The notes under the pieces are model-generated. The model did no database searches and was not told where the DNA came from. It worked only from the letters and a program-made list of their open reading frames with translations. DNA of 52,127 nt from Peribolospora baueri (Eukaryota): positions 1 through 52,127 of the forward strand of contig JAMDHS010000119.1 in the NCBI GenBank assembly GCA_029717555.1, given 5' to 3'. A program made the position numbers and the translations under genes. Positions 25,262 through 38,343 of this stretch are shown here, piece by piece; position 1 is the stretch's first letter, and each line of letters begins with the position of its first letter.

Positions 25262-26524
25262 TTAAACAAAAGCTTGGCCGTACTTTTCGTCAATGCGACG
25301 GAAGCGGACCTCCTCCGCGCGTGCGTTCATGACGGCGACGGTGATGAGGAAGAGGGATGCTTGGATGGCTCCAAAGCCAAAGACCTGCGTCGCAGAGATG
25401 AGCCACAGATGAGACGCATAGTAAGCAAGCAAGTACGGTCAGATGAAGCGGCGTGGACTTCTCCTGCTCTTTCTTTTCAGTCACGCTCACCGAACTGATG
25501 GACGAGACGCGAGTCAGACAAGACAGGCCGGGGAGGGTGAGCAAGACACGATGTTGTCAGAAAAGACCCAAAAACCCGACAAAAAAGGCAAATGTCGGCC
25601 TGCGCCTTCGTTCCGGTCGGTCGGCGCCGCGCTGGAGGGGTCGGTCAGGCTCACCTGAACACGTTGTTCAGCGTGTAATCGGCCGCAGCGGTGATCTGGT
25701 TGACGCAGCCGGGGGCCATCATAGCGGCCATGGGCTGTGCGCAGAAGCCGGCGAGGGTGGTGAAAGCGCCTGCGGTGGTTGCGTTGAAGTATCCGCAACA
25801 GGAAAGCTGGCAGAGGGCAAGCGGAAGCGGAAAGGGGCTGTCGAAGTGAGGATCGAAAGAGGGGGGTAGACGGTTGAGAAGCGCGGGAGCGTACCTTGTC
25901 CTGAAGGCCTTGCTGGACCTCTGGCGTGGCTAGGACCCACAGATTGAAGTAATCGGACCGCTCAGTGAGGGTGAAGACCCAGACGATGCAGCTGTGCGTC
26001 AAGAAGGGGGAGAGAGAGTCGATTCAACGGCTGATCCTTCTCTGACGCCGTGGAACGGACGACGACCCACCCGACGACAACAGTGGCGAGAGCGACGGCG
26101 ATGAGGCTGATGTTGAAGGCGAAGAAGACGGCGCGGTGGCGGTAGAGGGCGATGGCGGCGAGAGAGAGGAGCCAGGAGGCGAGGACGAGGGAACCGAGGA
26201 CGAGTCCATCTGGTCGGAGAAGGGCGGAAGCGAGCCATTTCATGATCGATTCAATACGGAAGGCTTGGACGGGACGACGCTCTCACCTGTCAAGAACCTG
26301 TGAGGAAGGACAAACTTGAGTTGAACGCCGATGCGCTGCTCCGACTCCCACACGAGGGGTACGACGATGAGGATGACTGCGGAGGTAAAGTATAGCTGTG
26401 GGAGCGGCCAGAGTCGGGGTGCAATGAGCGCAGAGGCTGCTGGGCATTTATCATTCTCTTGGCGGGAGAGACTCACAAAGTCGAGAAAGGACCAAACGGC
26501 GAGGAGCCTACGGGAGATTCCCAT
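25262..26524 (-). CDS. Fungal tetraspanin-like four-TM protein
   Basis: Hydrophobic TM segments, extracellular LQDK|FSCCGYFN motif with further Cys, and short C-tail RFRRIDEKYGQAFV*. Confidence 0.82.
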
Positions 26525-27141
26525 TTTGGGGAGGGACGGGAAAGAGCGTGAGGAGGCGGTGAGCGGTCCAGCGCGCCCGCGGTCTTGGGAGAGAGGGAGG
26601 GTGCCCGTCAAGGGCGACACTGAGGGAAAGCAAGCAAAAAATGCAAGGAGAAGGAAGAGAGCAGGCACAGCCTGCGAGAACGAGAGCTGCGAGGAAGAAA
26701 GGAGGACGGAGGGATGGATGGATGGATGGAGGACGTGGGGGAAGAGAAGAGACACGGGCTTGGTTGGTATTTCTCAGTTCTTAGCTATCCATCCCATCTC
26801 TGCGCTCTGTCTATCTGTCTGTCTGTCGGTCGATGAATGACAACAACGCGAATGGAAGGGGGACGTGCGCGGTCCGGTTGCTATGGCAAGAAAGGTCTGC
26901 GACCCGACCGCCGGCCGTGATCAACGCTCGGGCCCGTCGTCGTCGTCGGAGCCCCAGCTGCGGTTGGCAGCGACTGCGGCGACGGACATACTAAGTTAGC
27001 TACATACGACCTCCAGCTCTGCCTGCGGCAAGTCGTGCCTCAGGAATGGACCCTGTTCGACTGCGGCCTGCAACGTCATGTTGTCTACCGAGAACATCAA
27101 GACCAAGCGTCCCTTCGCGAAGTTGGATTGCCTTTTTTTAG

Positions 27142-27349
27142 GGGCACCCGGACCGGGCGAGGCGGCTGAAGAACTTGGGCGTCGCGCTATAAACACGCTT
27201 CGAACGCCTCGGGCAACGTAGACGACCTTGAGGCTTGTATCTCGATGGGACGGCTAGCGGTCGACCTGGTGCCCGAGGTACATCCGGACCGAGCAGAGGG
27301 TCTCAATTACTTGGGACGTGCGCTAAGAACACGCTTCAATAGCATCGGC
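27142..27349 (+). pseudogene. Decayed fragment of TPR repeats of the type found in fungal TPR-CHAT proteins
   Basis: Reads GHPDRARRLKNLGVAL*TRFERLG/NVDDLEACISMGRLAVDLVPEVHPDRAEGLNYLGRALRTRFNSIG, with TAA at 27190-27192 and a +1 G at about 27211. Not in the ORF track. Confidence 0.8.
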
Positions 27350-28619
27350 AGACGAGCAAAGCGAGAAGACGAGCAGACGAGATGAGAAAAGGCCGCGGGC
27401 GCGACGAACAGGAGCGCAAGGGGAAAAAGACGATCCCGTACGCGGACTCACTCCAGATCGAATGCCAAGAGCGCTGGAAGCGTGGACGTCGTTGACGTCG
27501 GATTCCATCCTCAGACGGAGTGTCAATACGTTGTCGCTCGAGGAGGGAAGAAAGCGCTGTGACCTTGGTGCGAAGCGGGCGGAGAAGGCGGTGCACGCGG
27601 GATAGAGGGAGAACGAGAACGAGAGCGAGAGCGCGATGAAGGAAACGAGAGCGCGGAAAGAGAGGATAGCGAACGAGGTGAGGTGACTTTAGGAGGGAGC
27701 GGTTGAGAGGCGAGGGGGTCGGTGCACGTCCGGAGGCGTTTAGCGGGAGTGAGGAAGAGGGAGGCTGCTATTCCGGCGTGGGAGGGTTCGCTACCAAGAC
27801 CGTGGGTGGAGTACGGCACAATCCGCCTCCTCCTCTTCCTTCACTTCTTTCACGTACGGTGGACGGAGCCAAGCGAGGTGCTTCAGCCGGGGCATCTTCG
27901 TTTACTGGGGCTGGCAGGTACGGAATTTCTACTGGTCCCGGAACTGGTACGAGCGCTGAGGCCAGGGAAGGAGGAGCGCAACGGGCACTTTGGCCTCCTC
28001 GGTCGCTGGACCCTCTTCTTCGCCTTTTCAACACCCCTACACCTCCGACGACCGACGCCCTTCCTCCTTCGGCCCAAATGGAAACCGCCACGTTATCTTC
28101 TACAACTCCTCTTCTCTTTCTTCCTCGTCTACGGTTACGACTACAAACAACAACAAGACGCCGCAGAGCCCTCTCCACTGTCCTCCTGACCGCACTTCGT
28201 CCGTCCCCCTTCCAATTCCGGCACCGGATTTGACTCGTCCAGCGAACGAACTGAACAAGAAAATCAGGGGCGTCGTTGACGCGTTTCGGAACGTTCTGGA
28301 GGTATGCTATCGGAGTGAAAAGGGCTTGACATCCTCCCATATTCATGGCGTAGCGGGTATGGAGACGGGGACTGTGAGGTGCCTTCCCTCCCTGGCCACG
28401 CTTGCGGCCCAGGTAGTAGGCTCCCACTTCGAAACCAACCTTGTTCCTTCTCCGGAATCTGATACTGAGGGGGAACACTGCGGTAAAGGGGCGGCGATGC
28501 GGGGAGCATCGCACACGGAAGACGAGTCGATGCAGCGGGGTCAAGGAAGATCAAGGCAACAAGGTATCAAGGTGAACAAGGCTAGGAACATGGACAAAGA
28601 GACAAGGACGGGGAGCTAG
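27350..28619 (+). pseudogene. Possible degenerate fragment of an uncharacterised gene
   Basis: Coding-like segments in shifting frames, e.g. KKIRGVVDAFRNVLEVCY...LPSLATLAAQVVGSHFE. I found no clean start or exon model. Confidence 0.3.
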
Positions 28620-28782
28620 AGCTAGGTACCAGAACACGGGAGCTAGGAACTATGGAACATGCTCATGAAGGTGATGATGGTCCTGATGAGACAGTGAGCG
28701 ACGACCGCGGGTAGTGCAACTGCGGCACGCGGGTCTTGGACGGGCTTCAGGAGGGTGCGACGACGCGACGCGTTACAGACGC

Positions 28783-29843
28783 CTACCTTCCCCAGGACAG
28801 GATAGGGAGATGCCCAATACGCTGCACCGCTTGGTCGTAAATTTTTCGAGCCTCTTCGTCGGTGAGCAGTCGTGACGGCAGCGCCCATGTCAGCGCCATC
28901 GCAGCCTCCATCTCGGGGCACCTCGGCATTCTTTCCGCCAACATCCTGACCCAATCCGACGGCCCGTCGCCCACAGTAGTGATCAGTTTGCAGCGCTCCC
29001 ACCAAGCAGGCAGGAACCCGCTAACTTCCCAGTCCAGGATGCAGGAAATCGATTTGGACTCCTGGTCGAACTGAATGTTGTACGGCCCGAGGTCGCCGTG
29101 GGTCATGACGAAGCGCGTACGATCCTCCGGGTTCTTCTCCAGATGCCTAGCGTGCAGCTCCCTCACAACCGCAGCAGTCTCCGCATCGACGCCGGCAAAG
29201 ACAATCATCTGGTTCAGAAGTTGATCGCCTGATTGTCGCCAGTGAAGCGAAGAAGTCGGTCTTCTTTTGTGAGGTACCCCTCTTGAAGAGGGCTGTCGTC
29301 GGGACTGCAGATCCTTCCTGACGTCAACTGCCTCACTTCGCGCAGATGCTTCCATGTTTCGTCGACAACGGCCCTCTTGCATCGCTCGTCCATGGATATC
29401 CACGGGTTCGGGTCGATAAGTTTGACGCCCTCCACTATTCCACTCGGATAAAGCTTGACGCCCTTGGCCTGCTTCATCAGAATGAAATGCCTCTTGGCCT
29501 TGTCGCTGTGCCATCTCAGAAGGGTGTCTGGCACGGGAACAGACGTCTTCGCCTTGATGTACTCGATGATCCCTTGCTCCGCGGGTGCCACCGTCGGCGA
29601 GGCCTTGAGGACGACCTGGCCATGGATTGAAAATACACACCGCGACGACGTACGATGGACGCACTCGACGTGGCGGCCCGCGAGCGGGTCGTACGCCTCG
29701 AGCTCGCGGATGAACGCTCCCCTCTCGGCCGGGTCTTTTGGGAAGAGATCCATGATGGACGGATCCGGGTCAGAGATGGTCGGGAGGGCGAACAAGATTT
29801 CGTCCGATCCAGGGAGCTCGTCGACTTGGTGAGGAGACTTCAT
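28783..29843 (-). pseudogene. Aminoglycoside-phosphotransferase (APH)/choline-kinase-like protein with a frameshift near 29216
   Basis: The N-lobe (VLKASP...EQGIIEYIKAKTSVPVP...FILMKQAKG) is in one frame. The C-lobe (FVMTHGDLGPYNI...CILDWEVSGFLPAWWE) is in another. No intron is evident at the switch. Start is uncertain. Confidence 0.8.
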
Positions 29844-32061
29844 GATTTGCCCAAGCGTTACCGGAGGTGGGGTGCTGGAAGACGATCGAGAGCTGAGGAC
29901 GGAATGCCACGGCCGGAAATGGACCGAGGTGGACGGGATGAACCTGGTTCGGCGGGCGTTAGCGAGGACCATATATAGCCTCAATGAAACGAGGTTACGG
30001 TTTGGAACGCCCATGATCACGTGGTCCTCGTAAAACTCGAACAATAAACATGTCAGGGAGGACTTCCCTACTCAGGTCGGATCACGAGCGAGGGACGGAG
30101 GATGGAATGGAGGTCCACCGGAAGTCGACGCAAAGCAAGGAGCAGGCAAATCGGGGACAGGGAAGAGGACAGGAACGAGGATGGGGCGGAGGCTGGGACA
30201 GAGGTGCTGATGCTGGACGGGGAACGTTGGAGGAAACCTGAGCGGTGACAAAAGTATTCTTAGCTTGGGGAGGAAAGATGCGGACGACACACACACACAC
30301 ATGCGAAGAGCTCGATCGCCCACCGTTAAAAGCCAACATTTTAAGAAGGCACTTTGAATGCATATAAAGTACATAGATTGGTAGAGGAATAATAGAAGAC
30401 CATGAAAGCGAAATCCGAAGCAAAAGCAAGAGAGAAAAAGCAGAGTTATAAGCGTTTGAAGTTTGGGCGGATAAATTTTGTTTTTGTAATGGTTGCGTGT
30501 AACACGCGGGTCGTTTCGGTGCTGTGATGAACGTCCGCCGATTGACGTCGTGTACGAAGTAGTGGTATGAGGCTGTTCCTGCTCACTATCGAGGGTGAGT
30601 TCGTTTCCTTTCCCACCGTTTGACCCTTTGGCCTATTTATTAACTTTCATCTCCCTTTTTCATCCTCGTTACGAATCTTTACTACGTTTTCTCAATTTTA
30701 AGTCCTGCTCTCGCCCATCACGCCATACATGTTATCACCGAACACTTGTCCTTCCCGCCGCCCGTCGGGCTGTTGGAGCACTTGCTCATTGCTTGCGTTT
30801 TGCATGGACTGGGCATCGGATTGGGTGAGTGGAAGCTCGGTGCCGTCGACATGCCACTTTCGCCCTGTCCGTCCGAATGCAAATGGGACCTACTTGTTCC
30901 GCATACCCCTTTCCGCTTGATGTCTCCCGATCGACAGCTCAGTACCCCCCCCAAATCCAAGTCTCCTCCGCTCGCCTCTAGCAAAAACGCATCCCATTCC
31001 CATCCTCCTCCAGCCACACATCTCCCAATCCTTCTTCCACCCTCCTTCATCCTCCAAATAAGGCCTCGACGACGCGCGTCCTCAAGCGCGCTCTGAGGTT
31101 GGGGTGGGTGGAGCTGGAGGGGGAAGTGAGAAGGAAACGGGCAGGAAGAGACGAGAAGGGAGAGTCGGAGACTGAAGCGGAAGGCGTGAGCGTTTTGAGC
31201 CACAGCAATGGCATGGTGAGCACCGTTGGGCCCACCCTCCTTCTTCTCTGGGTTCCTTTACAGACCCTCGCTTCCCTGCCTCCTTACTCATTCTTACCCT
31301 CATTTTCCAACTCCTTCCCTCCTGCCGTAGAACGTCTACGCCTGGCTCCTTAAATGATACCGTCCATAATAAAATGCTCCTGCTTTGTCGACCCGGTGTG
31401 CTTCAGACTACGACTCTCCCACCTCGCCCATCGTTGCCTGGTGAGACGGCGTCCAACCCGCGCCCCCGTCCCGTCCGAGTGTCCGACTGCGAGCTCAGCG
31501 GACGTCGGAGGCGAAGAACAGCGCGCAGGCGGGTGGGAGGGATGGAGACAAGGAGACTAATGGACTGGACCGACGTGAGGCGCGCTTCCGAGGCACGGCA
31601 GACGGTCGCCGCCAAGCGGCCTTCGAGGAGAGTGACGACCGAATGGCCGCCTTCTCGAGACTCTGACGGCAGCGTTCGCTCTGGACGGCATGGGGCACGC
31701 CCATCTATACTTACAGCTTGCGCTCCACTGCAGCGCCCATCTGGCCAGCCACGACCAATCCGATGGTTGATGAAGGAAAGAAGGAAGGATGTCACTCGAG
31801 CGCCCGCCGGACGCTCTCGCGAGGCCAAGCAAAAAACTCAAATGAGCGGCATTCGTAAGATCGTTACTGGGATTCGCTCGCTGTCCTACGGCGTGCGGGT
31901 GATGAGATGATGGTGCGAATGAGAGACGGAAGCGAAAGGTCGTAGGAGGGGAGATAGACTGCGGTTGGCTGCGGAGTGAGGGAAATCCGAGCGCGGTGAT
32001 CGGAGTTGGCGCACGGTCGTCTCGTAGTGGTCCCTCCTTTCTCTCCAACGGCCAGGCCAAT

Positions 32062-34356
32062 ATGTCTTTAGGAGTCAACCTCAGCTCGAAGGACATCGCC
32101 GGTGCGTCCTGCGTTTTCATCCGGCTCCGTTTTTGCCTTCTCGGTTGCTTACGGCGCTCGCACGCTGTTCCATATTAGACACGTATCAGCGCATCGTCGC
32201 CGGCGACCCGTCCATCGACTGGGCCCTCTACACCTACGAGAAGGGGTCCAACGACATCAAGGTCCAAGCGACAGGAGATGGCGGCTTGGAAGAGCTTGAA
32301 GACGAGTTCAACGATGGACGGTGAGCTCTCCGATGGAGTTTCACCCGAGAGCGCCATACATCCCGGCATGCAGAGCTGACCCGGACCGTGCACCCTCGCT
32401 CCCACACGCCAGCATCCAGTACGCCTTCGTCCGCGTGAAGGACCCTAACACCGAGCTACCCAAGTTTGTCGTCGTCAACTGGCTTGGAGAGGGTGTCCCA
32501 GACAGCCGAAAAGGTCTTTTCCCTTCTCATTCGGCTGCTGTACAGTCCTTCCTCAAGGGCTACCACGTCGCCATCAACGCTCGATCCGACGTGAGTTCTG
32601 GCTCGATCCTTGCAGCTCTGCCTGTAACGCTGTGCACGTGCGAAAGCAAGCGCCAATGCTTGTATCAACTTGGTCATTCCCACAGGCCGACGTCACTCCC
32701 TCGCTGATCATGAAACGAGTGACCGACAGCTCGGGTTCGAAGTACTCTGTCCACAAGGAGGCCCCCAAGAAGCCCGACCTGATCGCGCCGGTCGGCACCA
32801 ACTACAAGCCGATTGGCAGGCCCGACATTGCGTCTATGACATCGAATAGGCCTCGCGAACCGGTCCCTGCCGTCGTGGGTAGATATGGAGTTGGCGGCGC
32901 TCGTCCCACACCTCGTCGTTGGGGACAAGTTTCATCACTAACACGGCCTTCGCTGCTCATCACAGGGAACCAACTACCAGCCTGCTCGGGAAGAGTTGAC
33001 CAACATCCGAGCCCCTCAGCAGACTTCCGTCCCCACTGCCCCTCGTCCAGTGCCTCAGGTCACGAAGCCTGCTCCTGCCCCCACCCCCGCTCCGGCGGTC
33101 CCCTCGCCAGCAGTCCCCTCGCTGCCTCCAGCCACAGCCCGGCCGGCACCTGCCGCGTCTGCAGCTGCGTCTACGAAGCCGGAAGAAGACACCCGTCCAG
33201 GACCAGTCGGCACCGCCTACGAGCCCATCAGATTGGGCAAGCCAGGCAAGCTCGGAAACCGTTTCCCCTTTGGCCAGCAACAGCAAGAAACCGCTCCGGC
33301 TCCCGTTCCTACTCGCAACGTCAGCGGCGGTGCGGCCCCTGGAAGACTCACCTGGAGCCAGCGTCAAGAGCTTGCGAGGAAGGAGAAGGAAGAGGAGGAG
33401 GCCAGGGCGGCCGCCGCGGCTCCTCTCCCTCCGGCGCCTCCCGCCCCCGAGCCGGTGGCAGAAGAAGAAGCTCCTCCGCCACCTCCTCCGCCACCGGCGC
33501 CTCCTGCGCCTCCCGCCTCCGCGCCGATGGCAGAAGAAGACGCTCCTGCACCTCCTCCGCCACCGGCGCCTCCTGCGCCTCCTGCGCCGGCCCAAGACGA
33601 AGTGGACCACCAGGCGGAGGAGATGGAGAAACTGAAGATCGCCCAGGCGAACCTGGGTGCCGCGGTCGGCGCGACTGAGATGGTCGGAGGAGGACTGAAA
33701 GCAACAGTGATCTACGACTATGAAGCTGCGGAGGACAACGAGATGAGTCTGGTAGAAGGGGAGACTATCTGGGAGATTGATCAGGTGGACGAAGGATGGT
33801 GGATGGGCGTCGGCGAGGGCGGTAAGACGGGCCTCTTCCCTGCGAGCTATGTCGAGCTCCTTCCCGCCGAAGAGTCTGCACGCGAACCTGAGCCAGAGGC
33901 GGAGGCCCCACCTCCACCCCCTCCGCCCCCGCCGCCTCCGCCGCCTGCAGTTGCAGCCGCCGAAGAGCCGCCGGAGGCCTCCGAGCCTCCTCCGCCTCCT
34001 CCGCCGCCTCCGCCTCCTCCGCCGCCTCCAGCCCCGGCGGCCGCTGTCGCTGCCGAACCCGAGCCCGAAGCCCAAACCCAAGGTCAGACGGTGGGACCGC
34101 ACGCCATAGCACTTTACGACTACAATGCGGCTGAGGACAACGAGCTGACATTCGGGGAGGGCGACGTGATCACCGACATCGAGTTTGCGAGCGAGGATTG
34201 GTGCGTTCCTGTCGAGCGAGTCTGGAGTCATCATCGAAGCGGATCTTTCTGATCGACCTCCTCTCTCTTTTCTCCCCTCACAGGTGGCAAGGCCGAGGTC
34301 CGTCAGGCGCGGAGGGTCTCTTCCCGGCCAACTATGTCGAGTATCACGAGGAGTGA
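32062..34356 (+). CDS. ABP1: Actin-binding protein Abp1/drebrin-like (ADF-H domain, Pro-rich region, two SH3 domains)
   Basis: ADF-H: DWALYTY...GDGGLEELEDEF..|IQYAFVRVKDPNTELPKFVVVNWLGEGVP. SH3: ATVIYDYEAAEDNEMSL...GWW...GLFPASYV and AIALYDYNAAEDNELTF...W|WQG...GLFPANYV. Confidence 0.93.
33456..33587 (+). repeat. About 72-bp coding tandem repeat (AEEx/APPPPPPAPPAPP) in Abp1
   Basis: tggcagaagaaga...cctcctccgccaccggcgcctcctgcgcctcc starts at 33456 and again at 33528. Confidence 0.8.
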
Positions 34357-35415
34357 ATGACTCCTCAAGATAAGCCCTTCCTGTTCTCTCGTCTGTCCTT
34401 ATGCCCGGTGGTTTTCCCTTGGAAGGATGAATGAAGGAGGCGGATCGACGGCAGTTCTTCCGATGGATCAGGTCGGTCACCGGGCTGGCAGGTGGACCCG
34501 GCTTGGATGGTGAACTGGGACGAATGCGGCCATTTCATGTACTTATGAGCCGAACAGGCGCAAGACATTCTATGACTTCTTGGCCACGACCTTGACGTCG
34601 CTGGGCTGCCTGACTGGGAGCCCTAGCATGATACTGTGCGTGGCCTCGAGTGTGTCCGCTGATGCGCAAGTTGGCCGCATATCCGCTGAGGAGCCTGCCT
34701 CAGCCATCTGGTCCATTCAGCAGGGCAGAGAGAGAAGAGAGAGAGAGAGGAAAGTGTACCAGACGGCCATATCCTTCCGGCGAGGAAGGACAAGATCAAG
34801 GAAGACGATTGGGGGGTGCCGGGAGGAAGGCATGGAAGTGGCAGTCTGGGCGCATGCATGTTCCCAAACAGGATGACGCCTTGCTCCATGGTCCACGCCA
34901 AGCGACGGGACAAGAAGCGGCGTTATAAGTTTGGGGAATGAAAGAAAGAAGAAGGGAGGCGTCGGCGGTGCTTGTTTGACCACCCACCCAACCCCGCTGT
35001 CGCCGGCGGCGTCGTGTTAGTCAACCCCCGTCGGTCCTCGATCGGTGATCGGTCGACTGCGGCACCGGTAGCCTTATGGAATTGCGGGACCCGCGACCGA
35101 CACGTTTCATTTTGGGGTTAGTAATTATCTCCGAGGTAGAAAGCGATCGGGATATGTGGCGTTGGGGAGCGGGGGTCAGCGCCAAGCAAGTGGGCACAAA
35201 TGGTGGTGGAGTGGAGTAGAGTAAAGGCGAGTGGAGTGGAGGCGAGTGCTTACAGTCTGACGCTGCACCAACACCGACGTAACTGCCGTAACTGAATTGC
35301 GTCGAGCCCCGTCCTGCGCGCTCTCGGGAGCCCAAGCACTCGGCCGCAACAAACTCGACCCGTCCCCGCAGCGATGAGATAAGAATGGCATCGACGCTTG
35401 CTGAGCTCGTCGGCG

Positions 35416-35423
35416 TATAAATA
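35416..35423 (+). promoter_or_regulatory. TATA box upstream of the questin-oxidase-like gene
   Basis: TATAAATA about 100 bp before the probable ATG. Confidence 0.55.
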
Positions 35424-35513
35424 AGAAGCGGGGCCACTCCTTCCTTCTCTTCCCTCCACCCTTTCATGCGCACTGCCAGCGCAGTCCAGGGCCATCGCCG
35501 TCTCCCGTTCACC

Positions 35514-37811
35514 ATGGCCGTCGCCAACGCCAACCTCACCATGGCCGTCTCCGACCAGTCTTTCTTTACCCCGCACCCCTCCCCGCTCACCGCCTTCCCC
35601 GGCATCTCGCCCCAGAGCACCGAGGCGGTGAAGAAGGCATTGAAGCACAATCATGAGAGGAATCATTGGTGAGCTTCCTTTGCCCCTCTCCTCCCACTCT
35701 TGTCATACGCTCCTTCCTCACCACATCGTCTGTCAAACGACCACGGCCGCCTTCTCTAATAAACAGTTTCTTCAACGACCGTCGTAAGTCTCCGGCCGCC
35801 CGCCGTCGCCTCTTCGCACCCTCCCCCTAATTGACAACTCGTTCCCGCTGTCCCTCCTCAGGCTTCCACAATCACCTTCCTCACCACCTTCTCGCCGCCT
35901 ACACCTTCGGCGCCCCACCCGAGACCATCGAAAAGCTAGCCAAGGATCATATCGCCAAGTATGACCTTGACAAGTTCAAGCTCGACCGCGACCCCGCGAC
36001 GGGAAAGATGCTCAACGGAGAGGAGGCGGAAGGGTGGCAGTGCGATGACACGAATTGGACGGAGAAGCTCGGGGACGAGAAGTGAGTTGGTGTCGTGTCG
36101 CGTTGGTCGAGCCGCAAAAGGTCCTCTCGTGGCTAACAGTGACGGCACATCGCCCGCTTGCTTTCGCCTTAAGGGCCTACTGGTCCTACCTCGCCTTCTT
36201 CCGCAACCGGCTCTCCTCCATGTCCGTCGCCGAAGTCCTTACCCGCTACATCTTCTCCCCCGACGCCAACAAGCCGTCGGTGGAGATGATCAACCGCCTC
36301 TTCTCTGGCATTCTACATCCCATCATTCACACTGGCTACGGTCTAGAATTCTCCCTGCCCTCCCAGATCACTGAGGGCTTGGCCATGGCGGCCGTGCACA
36401 AAAACAATTTGCCGCAAATCCTCCCCCCAGACTGGATCCAGCACATGTTATGCCATGACGAGCGCTCCACTGCGGTCAGCCAAAGCCAAGAGAAGGTGTC
36501 CCAGACGGCCGAATCGGTCGTGGAGGTATTGACCAACAAGGCCGTTCAGGCCGTCACGCAGCTGACTGGCAAGCTCGGCCTCGGAGACACCACCTCCGAT
36601 AGCGGCGTTGACGAAGGCCAGACGTCTGCTTTCCACCGAACTGCCACCGCCCCTTGGTCCCCCTGGCCGCCTCTCCTCCTTCCGCCTCACCACGGTCCGA
36701 CGCTCTTCGACCTCGTCGAGATGATCTCCTCCACGCCCGAACTCCTTCCCACGCACCCCACCCCTCCCGTCCTCTTCTCCTCCACCTCCAAACTTTACGA
36801 CACTCTCGGCAGCAGAGGTGACGTGCTGCGCGAGGTGTTCGACAAGTACCAGATCGACGTGGCTGAAGTCGTGGAGGACGGGTGGTGGGCGACGGTAGAG
36901 GAGCTCGTGGCTCTCACCACTTGTCTCCTCACCAGTATCACCAGGCCCGGTCACACGCCCCCTAGGATGGACTTTTTCCTGTGAGCGTCGCCCGGTTCCC
37001 GTTCCCATTCTCCTCGTTCCTCTATGGTCATCATTTGGGCTGACGCCTAACTCCCCGCCGTCCCACGTCCTCTTTTCACAGAGTGCACTGCCTCAACTCG
37101 ACCCTATTCCTCCCCTGCATCCTCCCCCACCTCTCCCCCGCGCAGCGCATGACCCTTCTTCACTGCCAGCTCCGCGTCGTCATCTCCTGCTGGGTGTCCC
37201 GAGGCGCTCCTCCCCTCTACGTGCGCGAGACGCTCATGGCGGCCACGGCGCGGCCCGCGCCCCCCAAGGAAGAGGGGAGCAAGGAGGGGTGGAAGATCGG
37301 AAACGAGGCGGAGGAGGGAGTCAACCCCTGGGAGGCCATGTTGAGCGCCGTGCAGAAACACCAAGACGTGAGCGCCGTGCCCGTTCGCTCGGTCGCGCGA
37401 CACACTTGCCCCGCCCGTCGTTTCGCCGGCCGCACACTCACCCCCATACTTTCATTTCCCTGCCCTCCTTCTCGGTGTTGTGGCCTTCAGGAACACCTCC
37501 TCAAAGCCGTCCGTACGCTCGCCTTCGCGTCCGCCCGCTTCGGCGACCGTCCCGCAGGATACTACGCGAGCCAGTCCAATTTCGAGTCCAAGTCCAAGTC
37601 CAAATCCAGCCCCGACTCCGGGCCGTCTCCCGACCCGAAGTCGTTCCGCGGGATCAGCGGACTGGAGATGCTCGACGGGACGGCGTACACGCGCGCCGCT
37701 GGGCTCTTACTCGACGGGATCGGCTGGAGCGCCAAGTGGCGCGGGTGGGAGTATACGGCGATCGGGTTTGAGGAGGCGTGGACGGGAGAGGAGGGCGGGA
37801 CGGAGGAGTGA
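35514..37811 (+). CDS. Questin oxidase / HypA (AflY)-like oxidoreductase (DUF4243 family), multi-exon
   Basis: PGISPQSTEAV..LKHNHERNH|CFFND|.FHNHLPHHLLAAY.FGA, LHPIIHTGYGLEF...EGLAMAAVH, DFFL|VHCLNSTLFLP and EHLLKAVRTLA. Includes a 17-nt microexon at 35767-35783. Confidence 0.88.
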
Positions 37812-38343
37812 AGAGGGTGGTGCGGAGCGGGAGGAGGGGGGAGACCTTTGACTGGATTATGGAGGTCGAAGAGGGAGTACGCCCGTCGGGTTTCCATCTG
37901 TCTGTCTGCCGACTCGGTTAGTCAAGCGATCCCAAATTGACGAGGAGCTGCCGTCAAAAAAAAACTTTTTTTATGTGCTCGTTGGTCCTTGCCTTCCATT
38001 CTCGTGCTTGGGTTCGAGCTCGAGCTCGAGTTCCTGTATCCATATCCAGGCCGCCTGCCTTGCATCGCCTAGTGTCACCTATTGCCTCGTGAATGATGAA
38101 TGCCTCCCTTCTCTCTCGGCTCAGCCGAGGCGCTTGTAGAATGTGCGGGGCCCATGTCCGTCGATCGCTTCCATGCAACCCATTGTTAACCTCTCCTGTG
38201 ACGAAGACAACACTTTTTGCCGAATTCTCATCGCCACCTTGCTTAAGAACCACGGCGCCGTGTCTACCCCCGGCGAAGCGTGATCGTGGCAGCTCGCCTT
38301 CTCCAGCAACGCGAGGCCATGTCGTCGTCACCTCTTCCTCGTC

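Noticed and set aside
30595..31560. Short ORFs and splice-like signals upstream of Abp1
   Set aside because: I could not build a coherent exon model or recognise any motif.
32960..34480. 506-aa minus-strand ORF rich in Arg/Gly
   Set aside because: Antisense shadow of the Pro-rich Abp1 coding sequence, with no domain features.
507..37811. Possible secondary-metabolite cluster (P450, aminotransferase, questin-oxidase-like)
   Set aside because: The genes are far apart and separated by housekeeping genes, and no PKS, NRPS or terpene synthase backbone is present in the window.
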